Below, piece after piece: positions 24,583-36,400 of a stretch of DNA of 64,000 bases; positions within the stretch are counted from its first letter, which is position 1; every line of letters begins with the position of its first letter. A program made the translations under genes and the position numbers. Origin of the DNA: Enoplolaimus lenunculus (Eukaryota); NCBI GenBank assembly GCA_030248215.1, contig JASANG010000727.1, forward strand, positions 62,001 to 126,000, in the 5' to 3' direction. The notes below the pieces were generated by a model. The model was given only the letters and a program-made list of their open reading frames with translations, had not been told where the DNA came from and searched no databases.

Positions 24583-26395
24583 TCCGATTCAAAACAAGTT
24601 TCGATTCCTCCGATTGAAAACACGTTTCGATTCCGATTTCCAATTCAAAACAAGTTTCGATTCCAATTTCCGATTCAAAACAAGCTTCGATTCCGATTTC
24701 CGATTCAAAACAAGTTTCGATTCCGATTTCCGATTGAAAACAAGTTTCGATTCCGATTTCCGATTCAAAACAAGTTTCGATTCCTCCGATTGAAAACACG
24801 TTTCGATTCCAATTTCCGATTCAAAATAAGTTTCGATTCCGATTTCCGATTCAAAACAAGTTTCGATTCCGATTTCCGATTCAAAACAAATTTCAATTCC
24901 GATTTCGATTCAAAACAAGTTTCGATTCCGATTTCCGATTCAAAACAAGTTTCGATTCCTCCGATTGAAAACACGTTTCGATTCCGATTTCCGATTCAAA
25001 ACAAGTTTCGATTCCTCCGATTGAAAACACGTTTCGATTCCGATTTCCGATTCAAAACAAGTTTCGATTCCTCCGATTCAAAACAAGTTTCGATTCCGAT
25101 TTCCGATTCAAAACAAATTTCGATTCCTCCGATTGAAAACACGTTTCGATTCCGATTTCCGATTCAAAACAAGTTTCGATTCCTCCGATTGAAAACACGT
25201 TTCGATTCCGATTTCCGATTCAAAACAAGTTTCGATTCCTCCGATTCAAAACAAGTTTCGATTCCGATTTCCGATTCAAAACAAGTTTCGATTCCTCCGA
25301 TTGAAAACACGTTTCGATTCCGATTTCCGATTCAAAACAAGTTTCGATTCCTCCGATTGAAAACACGTTTCGATTCCGATTTGTGATTCAAAACAAGTTT
25401 CGATTCCGATTTCCGATTGAAAACAAGTTTCGATTCCGATTTCCGATTGAAAACAAGTCTCGATTCCGATTTCCGATTGAAAACAAGTTTCGATTCCGAT
25501 TTCCGATTCAAAACAAGTTTCGATTCCGATTTCAGATTCAAAACAAATTTCGATTCCTCCGATTGAAAACACGTTTCGATTCGGATTTCCGATTCAAAAC
25601 AAGTTTCGATTCCTCCGATTCAAAACAAGTTTCGATTCCTCCGATTCAAAACAAGTTTCGATTCCTCCGATTCAAAACAAGTTTCGATTCCTCCGATTCA
25701 AAACAAGTTTCGATTCCGATTTCCGATTCAAAACAAGTTTCGATTCCTCCGATTGAAAACACGTTTCGATTCCGATTTCCGATTGAAAACAAGTTTCGAT
25801 TCCTCCGATTGAAAACAAGTTTCGATTCCGATTTCCGATTCAAAACAAGTTTCGATTCCTCCGATTGAAAACACGTTTCGATTCCGATTTCCGATTCAAA
25901 ACAAGTTTCGATTCCTCCGATTCAAAACAAGTTTCGATTCCGATTTCCGATTCAAAACAAGTTTCGATTCCTCCGATTCAAAACAAGTTTCGATTCCGAT
26001 TTCCGATTCAAAACATGTTTCGATTCCTCCGATTGAAAACACGTTTCGATTCCGATTTCCGATTCAAAACAAGTTTCGATTCCTCCGATTGAAAACACGT
26101 TTCGATTCCGATTTGTGATTCAAAACAAGTTTCGATTCCGATTTTCGATTGAAAACAAGTTTCGATTCCGATTTCCGATTGAAAACAAGTTTCGATTCCG
26201 ATTTCCGATTGAAAACAAGTTTCGATTCCGATTTCCGATTCAAAACAAGTTTCGATTCCGATTTCAGATTCAAAACAAGTTTCGATTCTGATTTTCGGTT
26301 CCGATTTCCGATTCAAACCAAGTTTCAATTCCGATTTCCGATTCAAAACAAGTTTCGATTCCGATTTCCGGTTCAAAGCAAGTTTCGATTCCGGT
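24583..26395. repeat. Minisatellite of mixed 30-bp and 26-bp dyad-symmetric units
   Basis: CCGATTCAAAACAAGTTTCGATTCCGATTT interspersed with CCGATTGAAAACACGTTTCGATTCCT over ~1.8 kb. Confidence 0.95.
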
Positions 26396-26955
26396 TCACA
26401 CCTGTGGATGTTCAATTAGAAAATAAATCTTGAACTTGTTTATTGTTTATGTTACGTTTTCTACAAAAATTTTCTTTCATTTAGTTTTCTATACGCGAGT
26501 CTTCCAAAGCAATGACATCGGCCCATGTTAATTACACAGGGACATGCCACTTGAGAGACACGAAGCCTGGGATACTTACAAACTGGGAGGGTTACGATTA
26601 GGCTTTTAGGACGATTATGTTTGTGCTTACGCTTAGTCTCAGGTTTAAGCTTAGACCTAGACTTTAGACTCCATAGACGGGTCCTCATGGGACAAAGCAT
26701 TCATGTGATTCGCTATATATAAGTATATGTATATTTCAGTGTTCAACCGGAATTCCTGTTCCGGCCGCAATTTGTGCAAAAACTCAATTCCTGTTCTGAT
26801 GTATCTATTTGATATAGTCCCGAAACGTTTAGTTCCGATTCCGCTTTCGATCCCGGTCCTGGCATACATTTACTATTCGTGCAATAGTGTTACTAACAAA
26901 CTTAAATGACCACAGTAGGCGTATTTGGATCTAAAATTAGGTAGCAATAATAAGA

Positions 26956-27215
26956 GACCCATGTATAGAACAGGGTCGGAACAGTAGTATAAGCATATAC
27001 ATAAGCCTAAGCCTAAGCCTAAGCGGCCCATGTATAGAACAGGGCCGAAACAGTAGTAAATTCATATTCATAAGCCTAAGCCTAAACCTAAGCCTAAGCG
27101 CACGAAAGAGCCTATTCCTAAGCCTAAGCGTAAGCAAAAAAATTAGCCTAAAGCTTAAACTGACGCTATTATAGCCCCTCCGCAAAACGACCCGACCCTG
27201 TTCTATACATGGGCC
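26956..27215. mobile_element. GGCC-terminal telomere-repeat MITE (subfamily B) with a duplicated left end
   Basis: TSD TAATAAGA/TAATAAGG; an adjacent copy at 27438-27588. Confidence 0.8.
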
Positions 27216-28786
27216 TAATAAGGTATAGAATGAACAAATATACAAATGAACACAACAAACGGATTTGACAAATATGGTCGTTATTCCTTTGTTAATAACT
27301 AAATATTTACTTAAAATCCAAAATCTTATATTTCAAAATACTTTTTAGCTAATTTTTATATGTACCGGTGTATCGATACAGTGTCTCATATGCAGATATG
27401 AAACCAGGAATTGTTAGTCGAGGGGGCAGGCATCGTCGGCCCATGTATAGAACAGGGCCGGAACAGTAGTATAAGCACATTCCTAAGCCTAAGCCTAAAC
27501 CTAAGCCTAAGCCTAAACGTATGGATGAGCCTATTCCTAAGCCTAAGCCTAAGCAAAAAATTAGTCTAACGTGTTCTATACATGGGCCGCATCTTTATTT
27601 ACAAGGGATAATCTGTGAATGGAGCATAAAAAAGTTTATTTCAAATATCAGCAATTATTTTCAAACCATCACATCTGACGCATACGAAGATCACTCCAAA
27701 ATTTGACTTACTTTTTACCCAATGGTAAAGTATCAGGTCGTTTAAGATTTGTCATACTTGAAGTTTCAGCACATTACCACATTAGCTTCTCTTGCTATTT
27801 TATAAGAGAATATTTACTTGAATCGAATTATGCCAAAAAAATACCAAATGACCAGAATGCCATTCAGAACTATAAATATTACAATCAGTGCCGGAGCAGA
27901 TAAGGGTGATATCTCCGCCCCCCCCCCCAAAACTCCAGAGTAAAGGTCCCCAAACTCGCGAGCGAGAAACCGGATACATTTCCATACTTCGGCGGGTTTT
28001 CTTTTAACCGGTTGCGGTGATGGCACGCACTGCCTTAGACAGAAACTAATACGCGATGGGTGCTCGCAGTACACATGACTATACCGGACAGAACTACCCA
28101 CCCTGACTGAAATTGTTCGACAGAAACAATACCCCCCCCCCGGGCTGGTCACTTTTTTGAGCAGAAAACCCTTAAAAAACAACGATATCGGATCCAAAAC
28201 TGTACAACAATGACTCACATCGCCGCATATTCTACTAAAATTTCAAAACATTTCATTTTTAAAGCATAGAATACGTTCCAGCTTTGTGTTTGGCTTGGTT
28301 AAAAAATTTTAAAAATTTCCGGATGGGCAAATAAAGCAGCAGCAACAATACGCCCGTAGCCAGCTCACCTTGTTAGGGGGCTGTAAAAATTTCGCAGGAG
28401 GCGCATTCAAAGGTTTATTAATGACTTGCAAGCAAAGTTGAAAATTTTCTAGGAGGGACCAAAAGTTTTGACAGGGTCGGCTCAACCCCCCCCCCCTTCC
28501 TGGTCCCCCTTGCCCACAGGCCCGGTTTGGTTTGGTTAAAAAAATTTCCAGATGGGCAAATAAACCAACAGCAACCAGGATTATTGTCTGGATTTCATTT
28601 CGGGAGTACAATCCATTAAACGGGTCTTTCAAGCGAACCTGTTAAAAGCGTTTATCTATGGTTCCAAACGTTTTGGTAGGACACCTATTACCTTATCCGT
28701 TCTTTTGTTTACACGATTGCCAGCAACAATAACAACAACAGCCGTCAGATAGAAGCAGTTGCTAACCGTATATATATAGATGGTTT

Positions 28787-29037
28787 GGCCCATGTTACTT
28801 TAAGGGGCGTCCAGGTTTCTGGTGGGTCTATAAAAGAGTAGGTTTAGATTCTAGAATACATTTTTTTTGCTTAGGCTTAGGCTTAGGAACATATTTTTGC
28901 AACGCTTAGGCTTAGGCGTAGGAACATATTTTTGCAACGCTTAGGCTTAGGCTTAGGAACATATTTTTGCAACGCTTAAGCTTAGGCTTAGGAATACGCT
29001 TAATTTTGCTGTTACGCCCCTTAAAGTAACATTGGCC
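28787..29037. mobile_element. GGCC-terminal telomere-repeat MITE (subfamily A) with a triplicated internal unit
   Basis: TSD GATGGTTT/AATGGTTT; internal ~35-bp unit GCTTAGGCTTAGGAACATATTTTTGCAAC repeated three times. Confidence 0.85.
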
Positions 29038-32000
29038 AATGGTTTAGTGCATACCAAGCAATTTTCACAGCTAAATACATCTGCGACAGAAGTGCGAACA
29101 TAAATCGCCTTACTGTTCTGGCAAACAAACTTTGCTGTTTCCTATCGACTGGTATGGTACTCTGCCGGATGTTTCGTTTCCCGGAAACTCTTCATTACTC
29201 TATCCCATCAGATAATTGATTAACCCATATTTTCAAATGCATATAGCACCTATCACCAGTTATCGATTGATTTTCAAACTGGTAAACACGTGTAGTTCCA
29301 GAATTCAAAATTTGTACAGAAGTAGGCGCAAATCAAATCTGAAAAATGTGCTAATTTCAAAGCTTGTCATTTGCTGATTCGAAAGTTTACAAGACCTATC
29401 ATTAACTGGAATAGGTGATACGCACATTTGAGAATACGGGCTATTGGTTCCATTGTACTACCGCGTACCGCCACCAATTCCGGTATTTAAAATAGCTATA
29501 CTAGTCATCAGGTCACCCCACACTACCGGAATTCATGCAAATATTTAATTGTTGTTCCTGTTCCTGCATTGAAAGACAGAGGAACCGGAATTTTTAACGG
29601 TTTTGTGGCAAATTATTCATAGTCATTTAAATATTGGAAACTTGGCCATTCAAAAATTATTTCGAAGTGAGTGTTTTTGCAATCAGTTCAATTTTGTTAA
29701 TAAACTGTTTGTAGTTTGTAATGTGTTTTCGCAAAACTTGATGATGAAATAGATAATAAGCCATTTTAGTAAGTTTTCTAAAAAGTCCAACAGTAATTCT
29801 GTGATTAAAATTATTTCAAATTCCGGTTTGCGTTCGTGTTCCAGTTCCTGCAAACAAACTCAGTTCCTGTTGGTGTTGCTGTTCCGCTGAAACATACCCT
29901 GTTCGAATATTAACTAAATATACTTCCTAACTAAATATACTTCCGTTCTCGAAAACTGACACTTCTATGTTGTTCAATATTGGCCGTTGGCCGTCACCGT
30001 CCGTACTTTCTGGATCCGCCCGCCATTGAAAATTTTTTTAACGAAATATACCATACATTATGGGGCGCATGTTACTTTAAGTGACGTCCAGGTTTCTGGT
30101 GGGCCTATAAAAGAGTAGGTTTAGATTCTAGATTACCTTTTTTGGTTAGGCTTAGGCTTAGGAACACATTCTTGCAACGCGTAGGCTTAGGCTTACGCTT
30201 AGGAACACATTCTTGCAACGCGTAGGCTTAGGCTTAGGAATACGCTTGATTTTCTGTTACGCCCGTTAAAGTAACATTGGCCCATAATGCTACTACAAGC
30301 TCAGTCAGTGTACAAGTTGAACAAATAAAAAAAAACGCAATATAACTGCAATAATTGTGAAATATATGAGACACAGACAATGAACTAAAAACGATAAATT
30401 TAAAAAGGTTTCAACTGTGTCAAACTTGTTTCGAATAATAGCATCGGTCAAAAAATACACGAGACGCAAAATACTGAAAATACACAGAATATAAATACCT
30501 CAAACATCAATATACTAGAAAATCTGACTAACATGCAAGCTTTCGGTCATCCTAAATTGGGGGAGGGGGTTAAGGTACAAATTCAACGCGTGCCGGGTAC
30601 ATTCTTTTGTACATAGAGTGTACCCAGTTGCACACTCTTGTTGAAACCAGTATCAACTCTTGGTGATAACCCGTAAATCCGAAATCACGTCAGTCAGAGA
30701 ACTAAGGCCTATCATATTTTAGGACATATATTTGATGCTTCAGACTGAGACCTGGACTTATCGTTAGACATAGGAACGTTGGGCGAATGTGGGTTTTCAC
30801 GGTTTAATATACCTGTGAGAAGTTCGTGATTTTGACTCAGCCTGTATCCTGTATCGCCTGTATAGTCCTTTACCTCGATGTATGCTAATCGCTCTGATTT
30901 AGTAAACGCGGCCGGTAATTGTTTATTAAAAATCCCAACCCGAAACCCGTATAACACCGAATATCCAATATTAACACCAGCAAATTACAGGTTATGCGAT
31001 TTAACTGGTAACCTGAGCCGGAATCCTTAAAGCCGACGCCTGAATCTGATTTAATCCAGCCACTGGCTTTACCGTTACTAATATTTTTGCCGTTTTCCAG
31101 AATCCGTGCAATTCTAACCCCGTTAGAATTACACCCTGTTAAACCGTGTACTCTAACCCCGTTAGAGTTACACCAAATTTCCGACCAATCTAACCCCGTT
31201 AGATTTGGCCAAGCCGTTGTAGAATAATAAATCTAACCCCGTTAGATTTATTAGACTACGTTTTCCCCAGGTTCTCCGGTAACTCCCAAATTTCCTTTTA
31301 GCACATGACACCAGTATCCAATACTGGGTAATTCTGCGCCCTGCGCAACGCCGAGTAACTCCGAAACACCGTGGTTTCCTTCACATCCTATGCCACCGTG
31401 ACTACCTTAATCTAATCCACTTCGGACCTACTTACCAATTACTTCCGCTTTCACACCAACCGTATAAAATGTAACTCAAGTGCAAACTCCGTATATCGCA
31501 ACTATCCAAAAACAACCGTCAGTTTCCACCAGCTAAGAGTACTAGAATGATTCCGGTCCTGGCTACCCTTTTCGGCATCTCGACCTCATTTGCATTTCAC
31601 CGACACCCACAATTGTGTGTCCGCTATGCATTTGAGGTCCAGAGCCACACACCCGGTTCTGGTTCCAACACAACAACAACACCCGAGACACCCATAACAA
31701 TAAAGCACCATATTGGTGCTGACATAGCCTAGCTATGTCCTTAGTCGCAAATATAGCCAATATTAAATGCAACACTATTCAATAACGTCATACGGCCACA
31801 CAGGGCCCAGGTAAGTTTCACATTGCGGACACAGCCGCCATAGCATCGATTTAACAATTTCTACGCCTTGTAGCAACGCCTAAGCCTAACTTAAGTTCTA
31901 AGAGAGACTAGGTGGAGCCAGGGACTCCCTTAAGGTATGGTTTTGATATAGGGTTTTATTTTATATTTTAGTTTTAGTTTGAAATAGGTTTAAGTGTGGC

Positions 32001-33450
32001 ACAGCCACCTACAACCCAGTCTACTTGCATTCAGGGAGGAAATTGGCCGGAAGTCAATCCCATACAGAATTTTCCAGTTTTAAATAATCTAGCACGTCCT
32101 GGATTTTCATGGAGAAAATCCATGCCATGCTAGATTTTTACAGTGGAAAACTCTGAACGCGCTTCCAGGCCGGGCTAGAGTTTTTGAGCTTCATGGATAA
32201 AAACTAGTGCGGGCTAGAATTTCTGTAGAGAAGACTAGCCTGGCCTAAATTCTGGGGAGTTTAGCCTGGCCCGGATCTTCCGGTTGGAAAATTTACCTGG
32301 CCCGGACACTTCGGGAGAAAACCTAGGCGGAAAACTCAGGCCGTTATACCGGAACACCTGCCAAAAAATCTACCGGAGCCTGAGGTCGGTTTTTCACTGC
32401 ATTCGGAGGAGGGGTTTCTGTTGTACCCTGCCGGATATTACGATTTCGATATTCGGAAGAAGCAAATCCCAGATATAGCGCTCTTCTTTTATTTACACCG
32501 CTCTAACAAAATTAACAATCTTTAATGCGTTAACGATAAAAAGTGTATAATGAGAACACGCCCAATGATATTAATACAGTTTTTAATGTATGGCGATTTG
32601 AGCCATTGTTAAATTAAAGGATGTAACGGTATAACCCAGGATGAAAACGGATACTAAAAATAACAGAAACGGAAAACGGATTTTGCTGTATAAAAGTTTA
32701 AAAGACGTTACAGTTTTATCAACACAATTGAGGCATGTAAATATTAAACTGTCTTTCTAAGATTTAATACAAAATATAGCGATAAGCGTAAACCTAAGCC
32801 AAAGACATGAAAAAATAGTCTAAAGCTTACTCTTTTCATGTCCCACAGAAAAACGTTCCACATCTGATCTTTACATGGGCCGAAATGTTCAAGGTTTTGG
32901 ACAAATTTCGTAATTTTTACTTCATATCGAGCAATTGCAGCAATTTGCGATGAAAAAATGCGAGAAATATACGTGATTTTTAACTAATTTAGAGCATAAA
33001 AAATATAAAAATTTCCGGAATTTCAATAATGGAAGCGGACACAGATGTTTACCGGAAACGGTTATCCGGTTACACCCTGGTATAACCTGAGCGTAAGATT
33101 AATGTTGGAGCTAAAAATGTGCAACTAAGATTACTTAATCACACACTGTAAAGGAATTCAACTGGATTTCTGCCCAGCTATAAATCGCAGAACTGTACTA
33201 AAAATCTGAACGCAACAGCGACATTGTAGAAAAATGATTCAATGACGTAGCCGGGGAAAGCAATTGTAGTTAAAATCTCCGTTTTGTAATTTTTGTCTAC
33301 GAATTTTTAAGAAACTTTTTTAGTTTTTTTAACACAAAAACCCCTTTTGAAATCCCCTCTTTTTAAAACCCGGCTTCTCACATACTGACTCCTGCCAAGC
33401 TATCAACGTATCAACAGTCCAACTTTCAATTTCCAGATGAATTCCGCACA

Positions 33451-36400
33451 TCACTCCGATTGTTCTTCCTCAGATTCTGATATTTCTTCACTATCAACAT
33501 CTGATGCATTCGACTTTTGTTGTTTTTTCACCACCGGTTCTTCATTCTCGCTATCTTCTTCATTATTGTCATTATTAGCGTTATTTTCCTTGTCAGACTT
33601 TTCCTCTTCGGAATCATTCTGCGATTGAGGAAACCTGCGTTTATTCCTCAATCCTCTCATTTTCTGGTTCTCACCATCATCTTCATTGTCATTCTCAGAA
33701 TCGTCATTTTCACTGCCATCTGCATTACTTGCACTTTCTTGATCATTATCGTTATTTTCTTTGTCGTCACGTTCAGTTTCGTCTCCGCTTTCATCGACGT
33801 TATCTTCTCCCGAGCTGTTCACTTCTCTAAACAATACGACACTAACAATAGCAAAAATTTCGAAACACTACCAACCAACCTGTCATCATTTCATTGACTC
33901 GTGTTACTTTGATGGCCGTACCGTTTTTCCACGGGAATCCAGTATAGTAACCTTATGCTTTAGACTAGAAATGCCCCTGGGTCCGGCCACGGTACTGGAG
34001 TCTGCCCCAGCCCCGGCACCAACACGTCATATGCGGGGTCCTAACCAGGGCCAGTTTTTATAGAGGATCCTTAATCGACTCGCATGAAAAACAATACTAT
34101 CACGTATTTACCATTACGTGTTCTAATTTGTCCCCATTTAGTACCGGCACCGGCCCCTTGGCGAACTGAAAATTTATGGTTCTTCATCATTAAGGGCGCT
34201 TAGGTATACGATAAAAAATAAATCATGTTTTCAGAACTGCTATAACTACGGATAAGTCATCAAAATGATTTACCTGTTATGTATGCTCACAAAATAGGCA
34301 CCAACATCTGGCTTGTCGGGGGGCAAGCTCAAAATTTTGCAAGCCGACTTTTTGTACCATTTTTAATTCTAGATCGTGTTTCCAACTCAACTGAAGATTA
34401 CTCATCGCTCAACATGACAAAAATTCCCCGCAAACGCTAATAATAATTTTAACTAATATTACTGACAACTTTACCAGAAGTTGAAAGAAGCACAATTATA
34501 TAAAATATAGATAATCTATAATTGAAACTGTGATTAACATATATTTTATATATTAGTCACAGCTTCAGTTTATCATAAGGCTCTGGCGGGTTGAACTTGT
34601 TGCTGCAAGGTACTTTCGAATGCTGTATGCCCTAAAACGGTCTTTATATAATTGTGCTTTTTTCTGTTCATTATTGAATTGTACTAGTTACTGTAGGCTT
34701 CTGTTGTACTCTGCCAGGGCGTAGCCAAGATATCGCAAAAAGGGTGCGTTACATAAAAATTTCGATGCTGGCTTTCCTGTTTCACGAATAAGTTTCTAAT
34801 AGCCCATTAACCAAAAACCCAAAGGGGAAGACGGTTTAAGTAACCCCCGGCTACGCCCTTAGTAGCGTGTCCACGCGATTATGTGCTACATTACCCTCAA
34901 TATCTTTTTATATATTACCTTTCGTCAATATTTTCCTGCTCGGTAGCGTTGGCTGCTTCTTCAGCTAACTCTTGTACTTCATCTTCCATTAATTCCGCTT
35001 CAGGTTGTAACTGCAATAGTCGCATTTCTTGCGCTGCTTCTTCCTGTTCGTTCAGAGGGCGATGAGTTACTATCAGACGTGAATTATTAACGTGCGATGG
35101 TCCGTCCAAATGACGCCGTTTGTTGAGTCTAACCCTGTAGACATACCATAAACCCTTCCCAGAATTGGATCAATCTGGTTACAATCTGTATACTGATACT
35201 CTATACTAAATACGTTCGAAGTTCGAAGCCATTTTAGTTTCCCCATATAAATTCAAGCTGGCCTCTACGCCTTTTTTCGAATACAGGTGTTATGGCCAAA
35301 TCCTACTTATATCAAGAATAGTTTTTCAATTCGTCTGGACCAATTTTAACCAATAAATTAATGTTGCGCCGCAACTTCTAAATTTAGAGTCGCAATTTTA
35401 TTGTTCTGGCATTAAACTGAGCAACTTGGGAGTATTTGTAGCAAGTGATATGTTGACATGTTTAATGATAAATACTTAACAGTAAATAATAACAGGTGCC
35501 GGAGAAATCTAATTTCGGACTCTGCTTTTAATATATCAATATGGTGTCTCAACTTCGCATAACAGTAGCGAACACAGTTATTGCCCTAACCTGGTTTCAA
35601 GTTCGTTATAATAGACGCCGTCGTTTCGAAAAACCAAAAAATAATTTTCTTCGTAACCTTTCGATGCTTTATTTTTAACATTCCAGTTATATTCCCGTGC
35701 CAATTTGTAATCGTATCTGAAAAAAATTAATAATACGACAGTTAAATATTGCTTAACGGCAACGCAAATTGAAGCATATTCTGAACTTTGATCAAATAAT
35801 TGTAAAGTCTAAACATTCAAATTAAGTACATATCTAAGATCTATCGGTGGCATTATAGTTGTAACGATTTTAATGCCTTTCGGTGTCGTCCGTTGTCATT
35901 ATTGGTCACCACATTGGAATTGACATTCGGCAGTGGACGGCACCGTAATCAATTTGTAAACTAAAATCTTTTAATTTGCTGCGCCAACTGGCGCCGCACG
36001 ACAAATACAGTTCCACCAGAAATCAATAATATGGCCATTTAAATAAATTCTTACTGTGCATCAGGATCAAAATCAATTTCATTCTCAGTATCTCGACCAC
36101 GTTTTTGCATTGTGTCTTCCGTGGGTAGAAAATATGCAACAAATTGTTCACCGCTTTCATCCATCATGCCACGAATTAACGCATGCGTGACTTCTTTTGG
36201 TGCGTCTTTTGTCTGAGAAGTCTTTGGAACCGGATCAGAATCAAACATAACCTAACATAACCAAAAATGTTTAAAAATTGCGAACCAGCGGCAATAGGAA
36301 AATATCAGTAGTTAATATGCTTATGGATTCATCAGTTAACACATAATATGAACATGCATTGGCAACAGCGCTGCAATTGGAATTTTTCAAACCACTCTAA

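Noticed and set aside
24475..26433. Long ORFs (303, 161, 135 aa)
   Set aside because: Translations of the 30/26-bp minisatellite on both strands; no coding signal.
31108..31250. CRISPR array
   Set aside because: Eukaryotic context, a repeat of only 15 bp, partly related spacers and no cas genes.
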